Shown here: positions 57,200 to 64,000 of the stretch, piece after piece
Position numbering within the stretch: the stretch's first letter is position 1
Layout: each line of letters begins with the position of its first letter
Assembly (NCBI GenBank): GCA_951406725.2
Contig: OX597829.1
Coordinates: 2,046,001 to 2,110,000, forward strand
DNA length: 64,000 nt
Direction of reading: 5' to 3'
Origin: Octopus vulgaris
Lineage: Eukaryota
The notes under the pieces: generated by a model
What the model saw: the letters and a program-made list of their open reading frames with translations, nothing else
What the model was told of the DNA's origin: nothing
The model's database searches: none
Position numbers and translations under genes: made by a program

Positions 57200-58340
57200 C
57201 TAGATTAATGCGTTTGTACTGGAATTTTTAAAGGTGTGTGTATACTAAAGGTATGCGTTTGTTATGTTCATCAAAGCAACCCTTCTTGTTGATAACACCG
57301 ATGATTTTAGCTACTGTGTGATGGCTCATAATAAGGTAGTATCACGCAAGCATTTTTGGATAGTCGCTGATTACTTAGGTGATGTATATTTCCTACATTG
57401 GTAAAGCTCAACATTTCCTGCAACAATGTGGAGGCTTAGAAGCACACTTGGATCTTTTCGGTTTGAACGGCAGTTTTTAACATAATTTCTAGGTAACTAA
57501 AAAATTTTAAACTTCGTATACTGATGGAATGTGTTTATAAAACATCTTTTTTTCTCTTGGCTTTATTGAGAAAATTCTATAGTTTGTAAGATATTTGTTG
57601 TTTTTTTTTATTCAATTTCTGCAATTTCAACCAATCAGTGACGTCTATTTGAGGTGAAAACATTCTGTGCCGTATGAATATGTCCCTCGTTTAAGAAACA
57701 GATTGGGTTTATTTACATTTCTGAAGAAAAAAGATACCCTTCCCCCCCCCTAACCCTAACCCTAAAACAGATTGAAATGCAATAGATCGATACTAGGGTC
57801 ATAATTATGGGTGACAATTTCATATGACACCGCTAGAAAAAACTGCCGATCAAACCGAAAAGATCCGCACACTTATCTAGCAGCTATCACCTGTTTCTGG
57901 AAAGCAAAGATATGTTTTTGGGTGACATAGCTTCGTTTCTTATCGACAACTCTGTGAACCAAGTTACTGTTAATCTTTAATGGTATTGACTAGCGCTATA
58001 GTACTTTGGTTAGGTGTAATGGCTTAAGTATTCATGGGTGCGGGTAAGTGAAAAGCCATTCTACAGATTCATTATAAAGTCAGTTGCATGACAGTAAAGA
58101 TGTCCAAGAGAGTGAGCGTGAGAAAACAGCCCTGTTGTACTCCACAACGAATATTGAATGACACTTTTATTTTTGAACAATCGTCTATGCTCGCAAGCTC
58201 AAAAGCCTTCGTGACGTCAAGGAAAACAATGTAGAGTGTTGTCTTTGCTCTCTGCATTTTTCTCTTGTGGATATTGAATAGAGATATATTAGTTGTAGAA
58301 GATTATGATCTTCTGCTAGATCGAGACTCAGGGTATATCT
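57200..58340 (-). mobile_element. Highly decayed RTE-type LINE remnant
   Basis: LYIVFLDVTKAF and GVQQGCFL (ORF 58072..58257). The extent is approximate. Confidence 0.55.
57450..57866. mobile_element. Merlin-like MITE with an internal (CCCTAA)3
   Basis: 29-bp TIR GGATCTTTTCGGTTTGAACGGCAGTTTTT (1 mismatch) and an exact 8-bp TSD GCACACTT (57442-57449 and 57867-57874). Confidence 0.9.
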
Positions 58341-58472
58341 TTTCAATAACTTTTTTGCACAAATGATAATATAAAATGAGGATAAAGCAGTATTTATTTA
58401 GTAAATCCTATTGTTTACTGTATTTCTTGTTTTATCTGTTTTATTTGTTTTTACAAGAACGGAAGAAAACAT

Positions 58473-58508
58473 CGGACATGTTTTGGTCCTATTTTGAACT
58501 CATCAGCG
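58473..58508 (-). ncRNA. Degenerate hammerhead motif
   Basis: CG-CUGAUGA-GUUC AAAAUA GGAC-CAAAA-CAUG-UC-CG, with the GAAA mutated. Confidence 0.4.
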
Positions 58509-59270
58509 GAGCATAAGCTTTGCAGCACATGGCCAAAGTAATATTGGAAATCAAGTAAATGTGGATGATAATACATTATTTGCAGAAGGAAAATTGTAAG
58601 TACAAGCACCATTTAAAGTTGTGTTATCAGAATAAATACAGAAAGTATTTAAAACATTATTGGAATAAATCGTGTGATGAACAGAAACAGTTTTGTGCCT
58701 GACCAAGAACATTGTAGTTTATGCCTTACTGATAAGATTTGTATAGTCGAGAACAATAATTTGAAGTCGAAAATTATGAAAAGCACAACTAACTTTATAG
58801 AATATACCCTCCAATGGTAAACCGCACTGATAAGCCTATTAATACCACGACCTTATGAGAAAGAAGAAACTGCTACATATTGCAATGAAGAATAGGAACG
58901 TATGGGTATAGATTTCATAATCACAGATCCATGATTAGTTTCCTACACAGAATAAATATATGGCCAACGATGTGTGTGTATGTGTATACATAAATACATA
59001 TATACGCATGTATTCTCCTCCCTGTTCTTTGCCACTCTCTTCTTCGTTCTTACTCGCTCTGCCTTCCATACAAACAGAGAAACACATTCTTCACACACAC
59101 GCATTCACTCAAAAACAAACACAAATGTGTTTCAGTGGACGGTAGTGCGTGTTCAATACACGCGCGTGCATACACATTCATGTGTGTGTTTGAAAGCGTG
59201 TGTGTGCCTGTGTGTTTGTCTGTATGTATGTGTGAATGTACATACATGCATGTATGCATATATATGCGTG

Positions 59271-59327
<57 letters not shown>

Positions 59328-59401
59328 GAATGTATGTATATATGTGTTTCTGTGTCTGTGAGCATGTGTGAAGGTATGAGTGCGCATGTGTATGTGTGTG
59401 C

Positions 59402-59440
<39 letters not shown>

Positions 59441-59529
59441 CATATATAAATACATATATCTATGTCTGTATGTGTTTCTGTGTCTGTGAGCATGTGTGAA
59501 GGTATGAGTGCGCATGTGTATGTGTGTGT

Positions 59530-59638
<109 letters not shown>

Positions 59639-59688
59639 CATGTATGTATATATATATATATATACATATATGTATACATGTATATATG

Positions 59689-59747
<59 letters not shown>

Positions 59748-59966
59748 GCGCGTATGTCTATATATAGGTTGGTATATGTTAATACGTGTACGCATATATG
59801 TTTAAGTATGTATATGTGTGTGTATTCGTGTTTGTAAACGTTCATGTATGTTAAGTATATACACATACTTTTCTCAATAATTTATTTATTGCAAGTATGA
59901 GTTCTAAATGTATTAAGAGACTATCTCTCTCTCTCACTTTTTCTCTGTGATTCTCCTTACGCTTCT

Positions 59967-59998
<32 letters not shown>

Positions 59999-60704
59999 TT
60001 GTTTCCTTCGCTCTCTTTGTTTCTCTCTCCCCAAAATATCCGCCAAGTTTCTTGCAAAAAAAAAAAAATAAAAAATAAACAAATAAAAAACAAGCATCCT
60101 CCAAAATATTTTAAATGATTATCATAAATAGCAATATTTTTCAGATAATACATCGTATTTAATTTAATCCTTTGCGTTTGAGAATATTTTGGATTTTACG
60201 AAACGTTTACTTTATTTTTTTTTTTTTCCGCTTACAAAAGCAAAAATCTCTTTTCCATCTTGTTTTATTGTGGTTCTTTAATTGTTGGCGGTTTTTGTCT
60301 CTTGTCATACTTTGGTAGAATTTCAGAGAGACACACTTTACTTATTCGATTCTTTCTTTCTCTCAATCACTCTCGCACGAATATTCACCGAAACACCCAC
60401 ACTCGCACGCGCGCGGGAGCACACACACTCGCACACACACACACACAGATACAGATAAACACACACACACACACACACATACATACAAACCCAAACAAAC
60501 ATAATTCTGTGTTTGAGTGTTTGAGTGTTTGATATTGAACGCTTGCTTTATATATATATACAAAACGTATAAATATATATACATGTGTGTGTATATAATA
60601 TGTATAGATGTATATATATACATGTATATATATATATACATTTACATATATATGTATATATTATATAAATGCATTTATATATAGATGTATGCATATATAT
60701 ATAT

Positions 60705-60737
<33 letters not shown>

Positions 60738-60896
60738 CATATGTGTGTGCGTATATGTGTATCGGTATTCGTATAATCAGAATATTTGAAACAGAAACAT
60801 ATACATTAAAATGCTCGTACCGCTGCATATATCAATAAACACACATACACACACATACATATACACACATATATATACCTACATACATATATAAAC

Positions 60897-60953
<57 letters not shown>

Positions 60954-60990
60954 TATATATATATATATATACATATATACATATACACAG

Positions 60991-61048
<58 letters not shown>

Positions 61049-61333
61049 AGCGATCAAATAGATCTTGGCAAATTAAATAATTGAGAAGCACTTCTCAGTA
61101 TCTTGGGTAAACAGATTACTCTGAAAGAAATTATCCTAAGTAATTCAAGTGCTCTGTATAGGGGTCCATACGGAGTTAAACCCTTATTTATTGGGGGCCC
61201 AGATATCTTGCAAATCCGTGTATGTAAGCAACATCGGATACTTCAAAACATCACTACCCGCTTTTCAAAACCATGGTTTATTTCCAGATACAAAGTCAAT
61301 TGCATAACATGTTATTTAAGGTTACGTAGGATC

Positions 61334-61450
<117 letters not shown>

Positions 61451-61842
61451 TGTGTGTGTATGTGTGTGTGTGTGTGTGTTTGTGTGTGCATAGTTATCTC
61501 TCTATCTATATACTTTCACTAAATCCGAAAATAGTCCTTCACAAACTATTAGTCAGAGTTTCACGTTCCCGTTCGTCTTACAGTTGCGATCGTACAACTC
61601 TCTGGCGAACAGGAACCTCAAAAAGTCTGAGTAACAGCTTGGTGAAGATTTTGCAACTTTAATAAAAAAATATATTACTCTACCTCCTGTATTCGAGTAC
61701 TACATTTTCCCACCTTGTTTTGCATTTATGTGCTTACTCGTATGTACTTATCTATCTTTGTGCGTGTTTGTGTGTTGAGTATGTGTATGTATGCACCTAT
61801 GTCTCTCTTTCTCTCTCTCCCTCTCCCTCTCTCTATCTCTAC

Positions 61843-61925
<83 letters not shown>

Positions 61926-61941
61926 CATACATACCTACATG

Positions 61942-62032
<91 letters not shown>

Positions 62033-62269
62033 ATGATATTATTATACATAAATGCTAGGAGGGACTCTTAAAGTCAAAACTACTAAAATTAATAAACACA
62101 TAATACCGAATGCGAGAGAATGCAACTCTCGAAGAGAGCCTCTTAAAAACAGAATTCAGCTGCGTATGACATGATTTCATAATTAGTGCACAAATGCACT
62201 AACTGATGGTTTTTCACGCTAACTACATGATAAATTCTTATAAAGATCTTATCCTATTGTAAAATTATA

Positions 62270-62330
<61 letters not shown>

Positions 62331-62392
62331 AAATGTGACCGTGTGTGTACCGTTGGAGATTTTTAGTCTACTCTTCCTTGGATATTTCCTAT

Positions 62393-62427
62393 GTTTCTGA
62401 CGAAGAGTTCCGCTCGAAACGTTAAAT
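62393..62427 (+). ncRNA. Minimal hammerhead motif
   Basis: GUUU-CUGACGA-AGAG UUCCG CUC-GAAAC GUUA-AAU. Confidence 0.6.
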
Positions 62428-62636
62428 CCTCCTTCTTTAGCACGGATTTTTGTCAGTGAACAGGTCGCGGATTTTAGCGACGAAAATATTTTGACAAATT
62501 AAACTTAAATGTTGAAGTGAATCGAACGGCTTTTGTGTGTTTCTTAAATGGCTTATAAACACCTTCCACGCTGCAATTGTTTTCGTTTCAGCACACGATC
62601 TCAGATCAAATCACTTGCTATGCGAGTACATCTCCG

Positions 62637-62677
<41 letters not shown>

Positions 62678-62747
62678 TAAAACGGTAAGATAACAAAAGA
62701 AAGAAAGAGACCTCAATATTATGTAAATAGAGGAAATTTATCTATAC

Positions 62748-62821
62748 AATAATATGTTACATTACTCGATAGTCAAGATAAAACTCAGAGTTTTATCTTG
62801 ACTATCGAGTAATGTAACATA

Positions 62822-62827
<6 letters not shown>
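62748..62827. repeat. Near-perfect ~80-bp palindrome
   Basis: AATAATATGTTACATTACTCGATAGTCAAGATAAAACTC, one A, then its reverse complement. Confidence 0.95.
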
Positions 62828-62880
<53 letters not shown>

Positions 62881-62904
62881 TAGTAGTTGAGGTAGTAGTT
62901 GTGC

Positions 62905-62982
62905 GCGGCTGAAGAAGGCCATAGACACACATTATGCATTGTTATAAATCCGTCTAATAAAGGCCCGAAACATATGTACCGC
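62905..62982 (+). ncRNA. Minimal type-I hammerhead ribozyme with intact core, in an (AT)n-flanked ~205-bp element (62879-63085)
   Basis: GCGG-CUGAAGA-AGGCC AUAGAC...GUCUA..GGCCC-GAAA-CAUAUG-UA-CCGC. Confidence 0.72.
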
Positions 62983-63083
62983 TGAGCCCTTGGCATCATG
63001 TTTTTATTTTGATTAATTTACTCCACCACCTACACCACCAAACGGTATATACAGTGCTTACAATTATCAAGTACTCACCCTGA

Positions 63084-63121
<38 letters not shown>

Positions 63122-63444
63122 GTCAGTTGTGGGGGCATGCCAAATCATAGTTCCAACGTCTCATCTGCGTGTAGTAAAAGGCAACAAAAAAGAGATTGGG
63201 GTAGGATCTGCAGTCCAGTCTTTTGAAACCCTCACCAAAATCAACCTCTTGTACAAACCTTGTACAATCCTGACCTTTGGGAAATACTTCAACTGCCTGA
63301 AAAGCATACTGTGTGAAGCCTGTGGAACAAACCTGCCAGTACTGCCATTCGCCGAATGGGAAAATCCCTGGGGAACCAGATTGGTTGAAAGGTTGTTACT
63401 TGAGTAAAGGAAAGGTGACATGTGCCTGAAGTGTGCGTGCGTGC

Positions 63445-63555
<111 letters not shown>

Positions 63556-63559
63556 AAAC

Positions 63560-63895
63560 TTGATTACCAAACACATAGCACCGGGTTCAGTCCCACTGCA
63601 TGGCACCTTAGCCTCGGGCCGACAAAGGCATTGTGAATGTATTTGGTAGACGGAAACTGAAAGAAGCCTGTCGCATATGTGTGTGCGTGTGTGTGTGTGT
63701 GTGTGTGTTTCTTTGTATCTGTGTTTGTCATTCACCACTGCTTGACAACCGGTATTGGGGGTATGTTTACGTTCCAGTAACTGAGCGGTTCAGCAGAAGT
63801 TACTGACAGAATAAGTATCCGGCTTGAAATAAGTACTGGGGTCTATTCATTCGACTAAAAGTTCTTCAAGGCCGTGCCCCAGTATGGCCTCATGA
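63560..63895 (+). mobile_element. SINE family A, diverged
   Basis: Box B-like GGTTCAGTCCC, family A body and tail. Confidence 0.75.
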
Positions 63896-63915
63896 CCGCA
63901 AATTTACATATATAT

Positions 63916-64000
63916 ATCACCGTGATCACCGTGACTGACAAGGCTATCAGATGTTGCTACACATCGCTGGTCACAATGTACTTTGCATTGCTTTAGCCTT
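63916..64000 (-). mobile_element. SINE family C tail type 3, cut by the window edge
   Basis: Reverse complement of ~55010-55087, ending in (AT)n. Confidence 0.8.

Noticed and set aside
57748-57766. (CCCTAA)3 as a telomere or fusion scar
   Set aside because: It lies inside a MITE bounded by TIRs and a TSD
63129-63407. 92-aa ORF
   Set aside because: At most a faint RTE-like remnant (TKINL.YK), too weak to call

Overview
This is AT-rich, gene-free animal DNA made almost entirely of microsatellites and transposable elements. The SINE families and microsatellite load resemble an octopus/cephalopod genome, which is an inference from recognition rather than a database result. I can support no host protein-coding gene, and nearly all long ORFs in the track are translations of simple repeats. 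Recognisable elements are a chain of R4/Dong-type LINE fragments in (TAA)n, a Tx1-like 3' end in (GATA)n, CR1- and RTE-type LINE remnants, a near-complete Tc1 element, a decayed mariner, three non-autonomous Helitrons, two Merlin-like MITEs carrying TTAGGG repeats, and three tRNA-derived SINE groups (labelled A, B and C here). The most interesting signal is about 14 minimal type-I hammerhead-ribozyme motifs (several degenerate) from at least 8 different short non-coding repeat families. They sit mostly between (AT)n tracts and several lie in fold-back structures, which resembles Penelope terminal repeats or retrozymes. One of these families joins a tRNA-like Pol III head to a hammerhead. The window also shows two SINE-LINE 3'-tail matches (SINE B with the Tx1-like element, SINE A with a CR1-like element) and five SINE B dimers that share one junction.
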